20,966 nt of DNA from Eledone cirrhosa (GCA_964016885.1 CAXHJY010001392.1:1-20966), one strand, 5' to 3'; numbered from the stretch's first letter, positions 1 through 12,145 are shown. The notes: a model not told the origin generated them from the letters alone. Numbers and translations: made by a program.

Positions 1-261
1 TTTACTCATAGTATATCATAGCTATATTACAATTACACACATTACCATTACACAGAGAACCCCTCTCTCTCTAGCTCTCTCTTACTCTCCCTTTCACTCA
101 CTCTATGTCATAGTTATATTACAAATACATACACAGAGTCCCCCCTCTCTCTCTCTCTCCTCCTTTCACTCACTCTATATGATAGCTATATCATACACAC
201 ACACACAGTCCTCCTCTCTCTCGCTCTCTCTTCCTTTCACTCACTCTATATGATAGCTATA

Positions 262-304
<43 letters not shown>

Positions 305-843
305 CTCTCTCTCTCTTCCTTTCACTCACTCTATATGATAGCTATATCACACACACACACACACACACTCCCTCTCTCTTCCTTTCACTCACTCTATATG
401 ATAGCTATATTACAAATACACACACACATCCCCCCTCTTTCACTAGCTCTTTCGTCACAAACACTCCCTCTCTCTCTTGTTCTCTCTCTCTCTCCCTTTC
501 ACTCACTCGATATGATAGCTATATTACAAATACACACACACACACCCCTCTCTCACTAGCTCTCTCGTCACACACACTCCCTCTCTCTCTTGTTCTCTCC
601 CTTTCACTCACTCTGTATGATAGCTGTATTACACACACACAGCCCCCCCCCCCTCTCTCGTTGTTCCTATCACCCACAGTAGATGTTAATTCTATCACAA
701 ACACACCCTCTTACTCCCTCTCTTTCTTTCAATTGCTCTATATAGGTAACTATAGTACACACACATTCTCTCTCTCTCTCTCTCTCTCTCTTCACCCCTC
801 ACTTACTCTATATCTTAACTATATCACAGACACATACTCCCCG

Positions 844-875
<32 letters not shown>

Positions 876-978
876 CTCTCCTCCTTTCACTCTATATGTT
901 TGCAATATCACACAAACGCACACACACTCTCCTCTCACTTTATATGTTTGCAATATCACACACACACACATATACACA

Positions 979-1047
<69 letters not shown>

Positions 1048-1124
1048 CTCTCACTTTATATGTTTGCAATATCACACACACACATACATACACACTCTCC
1101 TCTCACTTTATATGTTTGCAATAT

Positions 1125-1158
<34 letters not shown>

Positions 1159-1186
1159 TATACACACACACACACATACATACACA

Positions 1187-1217
<31 letters not shown>

Positions 1218-1347
1218 TCCTCTCACTTTATGTTTGCAATATCACACACACACACACACACATACATACACACACACTCTCACTTTATATGTTTGCAATG
1301 TCACACACACACACACACACCCTCTTCTCACTTTATGTTTGCAATAT

Positions 1348-1379
<32 letters not shown>

Positions 1380-1758
1380 TACACACTCTCACTTTATATG
1401 TTTGCAATATCACACACACACACATAAACACACACCCTCTTCTCACTTTATATGTTTGCAATATCACACACACACACATATACACACACACTTTCCTCTC
1501 ACTTTATCTGTTTGCAATATCATAAACACACACATACACACACATATACACACACACACACTCCTCTCACTTTATATGTTTGCAATATCTCACACACACA
1601 CACACACACACACACTCACTTTATATGTTTGCAATATCTCACACACACACAAACACACATCCTCTTCTCACTTTATATGTTTGCAATATCACACACACAC
1701 ATAAACACACACCCTCTTCTCACTTTATATGTTTGCAATATCACACACACACACATAT

Positions 1759-1789
<31 letters not shown>

Positions 1790-2330
1790 CTTTCCTCTCA
1801 CTTTATCTGTTTGCAATATCACAAACACACACATACATACACATATACACACACACACTCTCCTCTCACTTTATATGTTTGCAATATCTCACACACATAC
1901 ACACACACATACACACACATATATACACACACACACACACACACACTCCTCTCACTTTATATGTTTGCAATATCACACACACATACATACACACACACAC
2001 ATATACACACACACACACTCTCCTCTCACTTTATATGTTTGCAATATCACACACACATACATACACACACACATATACACACACACACTATCGCTCTCGC
2101 TCTCTCTCCTTCTCTCACTCTATATGTTAGCTTTATCATACACACGACCACCCTATCTTTATCTCTCCCTCCCTCTCTCACTCAGTATGTTAGCTATATT
2201 ACAAACACACACAGTCTCTCTCTCTCTCTCTCTCTCTCGCTCTCTCTTTCTCGCCTCCTCCTTCCACTTACTATATATGATAGCTATATCATAAATACAC
2301 ACCCGCTCTCTCTTCCTCACACTTTCACCA
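1..2330 (+). repeat. Compound minisatellite: conserved ~29-nt core separated by variable (CA)n/(CT)n tracts
   Basis: Core ctcctctcactttatatgtttgcaatatc occurs about 18 times between ~885 and 2050. Related, more diverged units (ctcactctatatgatagctatat) lie at 1-640 and 2110-2290. Confidence 0.95.
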
Positions 2331-2350
2331 TAATATACTCTATTATTACA

Positions 2351-2520
2351 AGGTGGTGGATTGGACGCCATGCTTTTCAGCATAGAGTTACGTCCCTCTA
2401 CGGTCTGAGTTCAAATCCCGTCGAGGTTAACTTTGCCTTTCATCCTTACGGGGTCGATAAAATAAAGTACCAGTAATGTACTGGGTATTTGCTGGCCTTG
2501 TGCCTAAAGTAGAAAATTAT
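2351..2520 (+). mobile_element. tRNA-derived SINE, family A (slightly 5'-truncated)
   Basis: B-box gttcaaatcc at 2409-2418. Body ctttcatccttacggggtcgataaaataaagtaccagt is shared with copies at 6242, 9366, 9552 and 19058. Short AT-rich tail. Confidence 0.85.
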
Positions 2521-2563
2521 TACTATATTACAATAACACTTCATCTCTTTCTTTCTCTCTCTC

Positions 2564-2782
2564 ATATATATATATATAATATATATATATATAATATATA
2601 TAATATATATATATATATATAAATATTATATATAAATATTATATATATATAATATATATAAATATATATATAATATATATATATATAATATATATATAAT
2701 ATATATATATATATAATATATATATTATATATATATATAATATATATATATAATATATATATATATAATATATATATATAAT

Positions 2783-2816
<34 letters not shown>

Positions 2817-2827
2817 ATATATATAAT

Positions 2828-2924
<97 letters not shown>

Positions 2925-4440
2925 TAATATATATATATAATATATATATATATATGTATATATATAATATACATATATATATATATATATATAATATACA
3001 TATATAATATATATATAAATATATAATATATATATATATAATATATAATATATATATAAATATATAATATATATATATATAATATATAATATATATATAT
3101 AATATATTATATATATTTAATATATAATATATAATATATTATATATATAATATATATATAAATATATAATATATATATATAATATATTATATATATATAA
3201 TATATATATAAATATATAATATATATATAAATATATAATATATATATAAATATATAATATATATATAAATATATAATATATATATATAATATATATATAA
3301 ATATATATATATAATATATATATATAATATATATATATAATATATATATATAATATAATATATAATATATATATAATATATATATATAATATATATATAA
3401 ATATATAATATATATATATAATATATATATAAATATATATATATAATATATATATATATATAATATATATATATAATATAATATATAATATATATATAAT
3501 ATATATATAATATATATATAATATATATATAATATATATATATATAATATATATATATATATAATATATATATAATATATATATAATATATATATAATAT
3601 ATATATAATATATATATAATATATATATATATAATATATATATATATAATATACATATATATATATATATATAATATACATATATATATATATATATAAT
3701 ATACATATATATATATATATATAATATACATATATATATATATATATAATATACACATACATATATATATAATATACACATATATACATATATAATATAT
3801 ATATATATATATAATATACATATATATATATTATATATATATATGTATATTATATATATATATGTATATTATATATATGTATATATATATATATATGTGT
3901 GTATATTATATATATATGTGTATATTATATATATGTATATATATATATATATATATGTATATTATATATATATGTGTATATTATATATATATGTGTATAT
4001 TATATATATATATATTATATATATATGTGTATATTATATATATATATTATATATATATGTGTATATTATATATATATATATATATATATAATATACACAT
4101 ATATACATATATATAATATATATATATAATATATATATATAATATACATATATATATATAATATACATATATATATATATATATAATATACACATATATA
4201 TATAATATACACATATATATATAATATACATATATATATAATATACACATATATATATAACATACATATATATATAATATACATATATATATATAATATA
4301 CATATATATATATAATATACATATATAATATGCATATATATACATTATATACATATATATATATAATATGCATATATATACATTATATACATATATATAC
4401 ATTATATACATATATGACATATATATGACATATATATATA
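2564..4440. repeat. Very long interrupted (TA)n microsatellite
   Basis: About 1.9 kb of (TA)n with AA, CA and TG interruptions. Confidence 0.98.
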
Positions 4441-4441
4441 T

Positions 4442-4631
4442 GAAAAAGTATGACCCCGACGGCAGAGCTCAAGCCGTTTCGACGGCTATTTCAGTCCAGA
4501 AATAGCCGTCGAAATGGCTTGAGCTCTGCCGTCGGGGTCATACTTTTTCCTATTACCCACTCTACTACCCTAAGTATTGAGTACTCTGGTGCGTTACGGT
4601 CCATCTGGTTCCTTACCACAACTCCTTAGTT

Positions 4632-4636
<5 letters not shown>
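4442..4636. mobile_element. Fold-back palindromic element with hammerhead 3' half (Penelope-like terminus)
   Basis: 51-bp arms at 4442-4492 and 4499-4549 with one mismatch and loop agtcca. Followed by tattgagtac (4575-4584). Flanked on both sides by (TA)n. Related copies at 5382-5462 and 12142-12185. Confidence 0.75.
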
Positions 4637-4676
<40 letters not shown>

Positions 4677-4696
4677 CAACAAAATACAATAAATAA

Positions 4697-4727
<31 letters not shown>

Positions 4728-4859
4728 ATATATATTATTGCTATATATACACCACACCCTATTTAACCAAATGGTTGCACACACGGCGCTTCAGTTGCAT
4801 CCACCTCTCTTGTTTCGCTAGCAGACTATCTATATATCTATCTATTGCTCCCCCCCCCC

Positions 4860-5332
4860 TCTACATACACACATATATATATACACCTATATATATGCAC
4901 ATATATATATATATATACACCTATATATATGTGTGCAGATATCTACACCAATATATGCACACACACACACACATATATAGATATATACCCCTATATATAT
5001 GCACATATATATATATATACACCTATATATATGTGTGCATATATATACACCAATATATGCACACACACATAGATATATATATACCGCTATACAGATATGC
5101 ACCTATATATATATGTACACACAAACATACACACACACACACATATATATATATACCCCTATATATATGCACATATATATGCACATATATATGTATACAC
5201 AAACACACACACAGGTACATATATATATAGATATACCGCTATATGCATGCACATATATATGTATACACACACGCACACACACACATATAGATATATATAC
5301 CCCTATATATATGCACATATATATATACACAA

Positions 5333-5368
<36 letters not shown>

Positions 5369-5380
5369 CTATATATATAT
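4860..5380 (+). repeat. Compound (TA)/(CA) minisatellite
   Basis: Recurrent acc(c)ctatatatatgcacatatat and atagatatatac units. Confidence 0.85.
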
Positions 5381-5381
5381 A

Positions 5382-5460
5382 TAGGAAAAAGTAAGACCCT
5401 AAGTATTGAGTACTCTTGTGCGTTATGGTTCCATCTGTTTCCTTACCACATTTCCTTCGT

Positions 5461-5462
<2 letters not shown>
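5382..5462 (+). mobile_element. Internally deleted copy of the 4442 element
   Basis: taggaaaaagtaagaccc is joined directly to taagtattgagtactc...ccttaccaca, matching 4442-4456 and 4571-4632. Confidence 0.8.
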
Positions 5463-6010
<548 letters not shown>

Positions 6011-6241
6011 ACGTATATATATTAGGTTATATACAATTAGTGTATATAGTATGTATGTTTAATAACAGACGTGCGTTTGACGATTATTGACTGGGTGTTG
6101 TGTCACATTGGGGTGGTGGCGGTGTTGATGATAGAGAGGGGTGATGATGTTGATGGTGGTGGTGGTGGTGATGGTGGTGGTGGTGGTGATGGTGGTGGTG
6201 GTGGTGACAAGGTACAATGTTTTGTTGCGATTATGTACAAA

Positions 6242-6336
6242 GAGGTTTAACTTTCATCCTTACGGGGTCGATAAAATAAAGTACCAGTAATACACTGGGA
6301 TAATTGCTGGCCTTGTGCCAAACAGTAGAAACATTT
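6242..6336 (+). mobile_element. SINE family A, 3' half
   Basis: Near-identical to 2423-2520; no tRNA-like head. Confidence 0.85.
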
Positions 6337-6431
6337 ATCTACGTGATCAATGGAAATGTTAGAAATAGTAGTCGAATGTCCCTCATATCAAACCGCCTCA
6401 TCGTCTTCAATTTCAAAACGTTGTAGTTATT

Positions 6432-7370
6432 ACCATCAACACCACCCCCACCATCACACCACACCACACCAACGGACATCACCCTACCACCGCCGCCCCC
6501 ATCATCACACCACACCAACGGACATCACCCTACCACCGCCGCCACCATCATCACCCCCACCACTACCAACATCCCACCACCACCGCCGCCACCATCATCA
6601 CCCCCACCACTACCAACATCCCACCACCACCGCCACCACAATCATTAATATTACCACAGCCACTATTAACCTCACATCCCAGCTAATCCACCACCACTAA
6701 CACCACCACCACCTCACAACCAACATCAACACCACCACCACCACCACTAACACCATCACCACCGCCACAAATACCACCACCACCAACATCAACATCACCA
6801 CCACTAACACCACCACCGCCACAAACGCCACCACCACTAACACCACCAACACTACCACCAACATCACACCACTAACACCACAACCACCGCCACAAACACC
6901 ACCACAATCACCACCACCACCGCCACAAACACCACCACCACCACTAACACCACCAACACCACCACCACTAACACCACCACCACCGCCACAAAGACCACCA
7001 CAAACACCACCACCACCACTAACACCACCAACACTACCACCAACATCACCACCACTAACACCACCAACATCACCACCGCCACAAACACCACCACAAACAC
7101 CACCACCACCGCCACAAACACCACCACCACCACTAACACGACCAACACTACCACCAACATCACCACCACTAACACCACCAACATCACCACCACTAACACC
7201 ACCACCACAAACACCACCGCAAACACCACCACCACCGCCACAAACACCACCAACACTACCACCACTAACACCACCACCACCACAAACACCAACGCCACCA
7301 CCACCACAAACACCAACACCAACACCACCACCACCACCACCACTCACACCACCAACAACACCACCACCAA
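6432..7370 (+). repeat. Degenerate (ACC/CAA)n trinucleotide repeat
   Basis: caccaccac runs with recurrent ctaacac and gccacaaacac sub-units. A (GGT)n tract of opposite polarity lies at ~6110-6205. Confidence 0.92.
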
Positions 7371-7494
7371 GGAGAGACCACCCACACACACGCAAAACCA
7401 ATCTTATCTTTATCAATGAATATATTGTAGATTGGTACAAAGACTGGCAGAGTTGGAGAGCTGGCTTGATTTCATTGTGTGGGACACACAGAAA

Positions 7495-8342
7495 TATATA
7501 TACACACACATACATACACACACACATAAACACACACAAACAAACACATACACTCAAACACATACATACACAAACATATAAACACAAACCCACACAGACG
7601 CACACACATATACGCAAATACACACACAAACAAACACACAAACGCACACAAAACACATACACACAAACATAAACACACACAAACAAACACATACATTCAA
7701 ACACATACATACACAAACATAAAAACACAAACCCACACAAACACACACACATATACACAAACAAACACACAAACGCACACAAATAAAACACATACACACA
7801 AACATAAACACACACAAACACATACACTCAAACACATACATACACAAAGATAAAAACAAACGCACACAAACACACACACATATACACAAATACACACACA
7901 AACAAACACACAAACGCACACAAATAAAACACATACACACAAACATAAACACACACAAACAAACACATACACTCAAACACATAATACACAAACAAAAACA
8001 CAAACCCACACAAACACACAAATACACACACAAACGCACAGAAATAAAACACATACACACAAACACACACAAACAAACACATACACTCAAACACATACAT
8101 ACACAAACATAAAAACACAAACCCACACAAACACACACACATATACACAAATACACACAAACACACAAACGCACACAAATAAAACACACACGCAAACATA
8201 CACACATACATACACCCACACACATACACAAACACATACATACATACATATATACACACGAACACACATACATACACAAAAACACACACACACATATATA
8301 TATATATATACACACACACAAACACAAACATACATTCACACA
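7495..8342 (+). repeat. Degenerate (CA)n-derived minisatellite
   Basis: Recurrent aaacgcacacaaataaaacacatacacacaaacat and tacactcaaacacatac units. Confidence 0.9.
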
Positions 8343-8352
8343 TATTGTTGGA

Positions 8353-8488
8353 TCTCCGTCGGTTCCAACGACGAGTGGTCCAGGTAATTCGATCGTGAAA
8401 AATGCCTTCTCGTTAAATTAAAATGCAAATGGTTAGGTGCAATTACAGGTACAATCCACCTTGAATCTCGGAGATTCAGGGTATCACA
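8353..8488 (+). mobile_element. Decayed SINE internal fragment (resembles a cephalopod SINE central domain)
   Basis: ctccgtcggttccaacgacgag...ctcgttaaattaaaatgcaa...ggagattcag resembles an abundant octopus repeat as I recall it; not verified by search. Confidence 0.5.
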
Positions 8489-8588
8489 ATGTGTATGTGT
8501 GCATGCATATATGTATGCATGTATGTATATATGTATGTATGTATGTGTATGTTTCTATCCATGTATGTATATGTGTGTGTATCTGTGC

Positions 8589-8647
<59 letters not shown>

Positions 8648-8651
8648 CATA

Positions 8652-8728
8652 CAGGGTGTCCCCAAAAATGTATACACACTTTGATTATATTTATGTTGAA
8701 GCGTGTATACATCTTTTGGAGCACCCTA
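8652..8728. mobile_element. Tc1/mariner-type MITE (77 bp)
   Basis: Imperfect terminal inverted repeats cagggtgtccccaaaaatgtatacac / gtgtatacatcttttggagcacccta. TA dinucleotides on both sides (8650-8651, 8729-8730). Confidence 0.75.
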
Positions 8729-8743
8729 TATATGTTTGCGTCA

Positions 8744-8787
<44 letters not shown>

Positions 8788-8874
8788 GGTACGTTATTCC
8801 GGGTTGAATCGGAGGTAACCACAGTAAGTAAGGTACTCAATACATAGCAGAGTATAAAAGTTTTAATATAGATG

Positions 8875-8925
8875 AGATTCTACAGCACTAGAACTGTTTC
8901 ATTCTTTAGAAATCATCAGGAATCT
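8875..8925 (-). ncRNA. Type I hammerhead ribozyme (near-canonical)
   Basis: Minus strand: agattc CTGATGA t-ttc-taaa-gaa-t GAAA cagttctagtgctg TA gaatct. Perfect 6-bp stem I, stem III acag/ctgt, GUA triplet. The 10.1-11.1 position is U-U. Confidence 0.8.
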
Positions 8926-8947
8926 GGGTATCAAAAAATAAATATGG

Positions 8948-9009
8948 TATTTATAGTTCTCTTCAGGTGGTAGAAGAGGGTAGGGAGTGGAATGGGTGTA
9001 GGTCATTGG
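8948..9009 (-). promoter_or_regulatory. Candidate Pol II core promoter upstream of the HHR
   Basis: TATAAATA (8955-8948) and CCAAT (9009-9005) on the minus strand, about 30 and 80 nt upstream of HHR stem I. Confidence 0.35.
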
Positions 9010-9101
9010 TTGATAGAAAAGGGGATTCATTAAAAGCTAATTCTTCAAAGCTATAGTTTATATTTAGAGTAACACAGGCAGGAAGAATTCTATAAACAAG
9101 T

Positions 9102-9158
<57 letters not shown>

Positions 9159-9281
9159 ACAACAGTGAGATAAACAGGTACTCAAGTTTCGTTGGGTTCT
9201 GGGCCCCAATACGTTCAGCTTGTCATAAGAAACATAATGTGGTTATTCATACTAAACTCGTCCTATGGACTGAATGCTCTT

Positions 9282-9685
9282 ACTCAGACCGTAAAAGGGC
9301 GTAGCTCTATGCTGCAAAGCATGGTGTCCGACTCTCTACCGATACTGCCAATCCATAAAAATAATAATTGTTTCTACTTTTAGCACAAGGCCAGCAAATT
9401 CACCAGTACATTACTGGTACTTTATTTTATCGACCCCGTAAGGATGAAAGGTAAAGTTAACCTCGGCGGGATTTGAGCTCAGATCGTAAAGGGACGTAAC
9501 TATGCTGGAAAGCATGTCCGACCCTCCACCGATACTGCCAATTCACCATAATAATTGTTTCTACTTTTGGCACAAGGCCAGCAATTACCCAGTGCATTAC
9601 TGGTACTTTATTTTATCGACCCCGTAAGGATGAAAGGAAAAGTTAACCTGGCCGGGATTTGAACTCAGACCATAAAGGGGCGTAA
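9282..9685 (-). mobile_element. Head-to-tail tandem of SINE family A (partial + full + partial)
   Basis: Head only at 9282-9354, full copy at ~9366-9547, 5'-truncated copy at ~9552-9685. A-box-like tggcagtatcgg and B-box gttcaaatcc on the minus strand. Confidence 0.9.
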
Positions 9686-9686
9686 G

Positions 9687-9737
9687 AGTTTCAAAAGATC
9701 CCGTTAAGGGTGAAAACAGCGATTCTTTGCTTAAACT
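9687..9737 (+). ncRNA. Decayed type I hammerhead (family C)
   Basis: agttt CAAAAGA t-ccc-gttaa-ggg-t GAAA acagcgattctttgc TT aaact. Stems I and II are intact and the core has 2 substitutions. Homologous to 11189-11240. Confidence 0.55.
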
Positions 9738-9769
9738 ATATTCTGTTATTTTAATAAATAAATAAATAA

Positions 9770-9800
<31 letters not shown>

Positions 9801-9867
9801 TTCACACGAACATATGTATATACACATATGCGGTGTGTATGTATATATATATACGTATTTGTGTTCA

Positions 9868-9908
<41 letters not shown>

Positions 9909-10120
9909 TTATATATTTATGTGGTGTGTATGTATATATATATACGTATTTGTGTTCATGTGTGTGTGCATGTATTTGTATGTATATATATATATATGTG
10001 TGTGCACATGTACGTGTGTGTATATATATATAGGAACGATCGACTTTCGTCAAATCGGACCGAGGGAACAATGTTTCCGTTGGTCTTTCCAATTGCTATC
10101 GGTCGCAACTCCAGGTAGAA

Positions 10121-10236
10121 GGAGCAACGTGAAATAAAGTGTCTTGCTCAAGGACATAACGCATGGCCTGGTCCAGGAATCGAACTCACAACCTTACGAT
10201 TGTGAATCCAATTCTCTAACCACTCAGCCACACGCC
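10121..10236 (-). mobile_element. tRNA-derived SINE family B, 5' part (CORE-like domain)
   Basis: A-box tggctgagtgg (10230-10220) and B-box gttcgattcc (10185-10176), followed by gtccttgagcaagacacttt. Confidence 0.85.
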
Positions 10237-10241
10237 TTCAC

Positions 10242-10382
<141 letters not shown>

Positions 10383-10727
10383 CTGTCAGCGTTATCTCCT
10401 GTGAGATCTTTATAATCTAGCTTTGGTCTATCATTATATCATTTGTCTCATTGAAACATCTCAAATGATTATCGCGTTCATCTGACCTGGTTGACATGTT
10501 TAGGGGTCAGGGGTCAGATGTCAGGACGAACTAGCTTAAGCTATGAGATGGTTGGGAGGGAGAGAGAGAGGAGTTCAGACAAAAGAAGGAGGTGGAAAAC
10601 GAAGAGGAGAAGGAGGGGATTTACGGAAGGAGGTTTGTTTTGCAAATATATACACACATGCGTATATATATATGTATGTATGTATGTATATATATATATA
10701 TGTATATATACATATATATATATATAC

Positions 10728-10763
<36 letters not shown>

Positions 10764-10764
10764 G

Positions 10765-10830
<66 letters not shown>

Positions 10831-10900
10831 CATATATTTCGTTTCTGAATTTGTTTAGCAAGATACTTTATCTGAAATCGTGTGTTGAAACCGATATTGT

Positions 10901-10948
<48 letters not shown>

Positions 10949-10987
10949 TATACATATATACACACACACACACATATATATATACAC

Positions 10988-11030
<43 letters not shown>

Positions 11031-11127
11031 TCCATACATACACTCACATATATATACTCACTCACATAAATATACATCATCATCGTCGTTTAACGTCCAT
11101 TTTCCACGCTATATATATGCGTGTCTG

Positions 11128-11174
<47 letters not shown>

Positions 11175-11188
11175 TTTAATAACAAATT

Positions 11189-11240
11189 AAAGTTTAAGCA
11201 ATGAATCACTGCTTTCACCCTTAACGGGATCTTCACCTTT
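11189..11240 (-). ncRNA. Decayed type I hammerhead (family C)
   Basis: Minus strand: aaag GTGAAGA t-ccc-gttaa-ggg-t GAAA gcagtgattcattgc TT aaacttt. Quasi-palindromic stem III; C3 and part of stem I are lost. Confidence 0.55.
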
Positions 11241-11492
11241 ATAATTATTACTATATATATATTAGTTTTGCGAGGTTTTTTATATGAAATCGTGTGTCGA
11301 AACAAATATTGTTATACTTGGGGAGGGTCATATTTGTGTAATATTGCCAGAATTAATAACAGAACACACTCACTGTTTGGTTGGTTTTCGCTTCTAGCTG
11401 TCTTTTATATCGGTAATCTAACTTACTCGTCCCTCAATGTTGCCATTGACTGACCGACGGTCAAAAAATTATATAGATACAATATAGACACA

Positions 11493-11555
11493 AACACATA
11501 TATATAGTTTATCATAAATCTTTCGTTGCACATCTGCAACATCGTCAGTGGTGTT
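11493..11555 (-). ncRNA. Type I hammerhead with intact core and disrupted stem I
   Basis: Minus strand: aacacca CTGACGA t gttgca-gatg-tgcaac GAAA gatttatgataaac TA tatata tgtgtt. 6-bp stem II and quasi-palindromic stem III. Confidence 0.7.
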
Positions 11556-11632
11556 ATATTTTCCTCCTGTTGTGTTGTATGTCTACGCCATTTTTATTCA
11601 GTCTGTCTATATATTTATTTATATATACACAC

Positions 11633-11743
11633 GTGCTCTGATTTGTTGACCAGTGGTGAACAATGTATTGGAGATCGATTGACGCAACATCAAGCGATTA
11701 GCGAACTCTAGACACACCTGATCAACGAAACAATTGTTAGTAC
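11633..11743 (+). ncRNA. Decayed type I hammerhead with long stem II (family D)
   Basis: gtgct CTGATTT gttgaccag...ctgatcaac GAAA caattg TT agtac. Homologous to 20019-20139. Confidence 0.55.
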
Positions 11744-11796
11744 TTTAAATAAAGCCCTTATTGTACAGCCAACCATGTTACTTTTCTTTCTTTAAC

Positions 11797-11842
<46 letters not shown>

Positions 11843-11846
<4 letters not shown>

Positions 11847-12108
11847 ATTAAATAAATGGAAACTATATTTATAAAACCATATTTATTTCATTATATATAT
11901 TTCAGGGATATCATATTAACAATATGCTATGCCTTCCTCAGACAAAATACAATATAAACAGTTTTATAGATAAATAGATTCGACATACCGTAACAACATC
12001 GACTTGCATTTGAAGAGGTTGATTTGGCAGCAAATATTTGTCGAGTGCTTTTATATCAGTTATAAATATTTACTAGTTGTAACCCAACAATTTTAAATAT
12101 AACTTTCC

Positions 12109-12112
<4 letters not shown>
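11843..12112. mobile_element. Diverged, deleted copy of the 18112-18525 palindromic element
   Basis: 11850-11990 matches the reverse complement of ~18288-18425, and 12036-12112 matches 18450-18528. (TA)n on both sides. Confidence 0.8.
11884..11949 (-). ncRNA. Type I hammerhead ribozyme (family A)
   Basis: Minus strand: tattttgt CTGAGGA aggcatagcatatt-gtt-aatatgatatccct GAAA tatata TA atgaaata. 8-bp stem I, stem II with 12 of 14 positions paired, palindromic ATATATAT stem III. Confidence 0.85.

Positions 12113-12141
<29 letters not shown>

Positions 12142-12145
<4 letters not shown>

Larger units (their letters stand above)
8787..9101 (-). mobile_element. Penelope-like terminal module (CCAAT, TATA, HHR, TTGAGTAC) between (TA)n tracts
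   Basis: Unique island bounded by (TA)n on both sides. Contains the HHR at 8875-8925 and the motif at 8833-8842. Confidence 0.6.

Noticed and set aside
885-2050. CRISPR-like array of ~29-nt repeats
   Set aside because: Spacers are (CA)n microsatellites rather than unique sequences; no cas genes; eukaryotic context.
6697-7827. Gly/Cys-rich structural protein ORF (also 13265-13834)
   Set aside because: Arises from degenerate (GGT)n repeats that stay open in several frames.
8959-8965. CTGAAGA on the minus strand as a second hammerhead core
   Set aside because: No stem II or GAAA of its own follows.
9170-9225. Hammerhead-like CTGAACGT attggg...cccaac GAAA on the minus strand
   Set aside because: Core is non-canonical and no stem I or convincing stem III is found; at most a remnant.
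10032-10110. Hairpin gaccgagggaaca/tgtttccgttggtc as a type II hammerhead
   Set aside because: GAAA and TTGACGA occur on the minus strand, but the A15.1-U16.1 pair and stem I are missing.
10160-10236. tRNA gene
   Set aside because: A and B boxes run into a SINE body with no convincing acceptor stem; treated as a SINE head.
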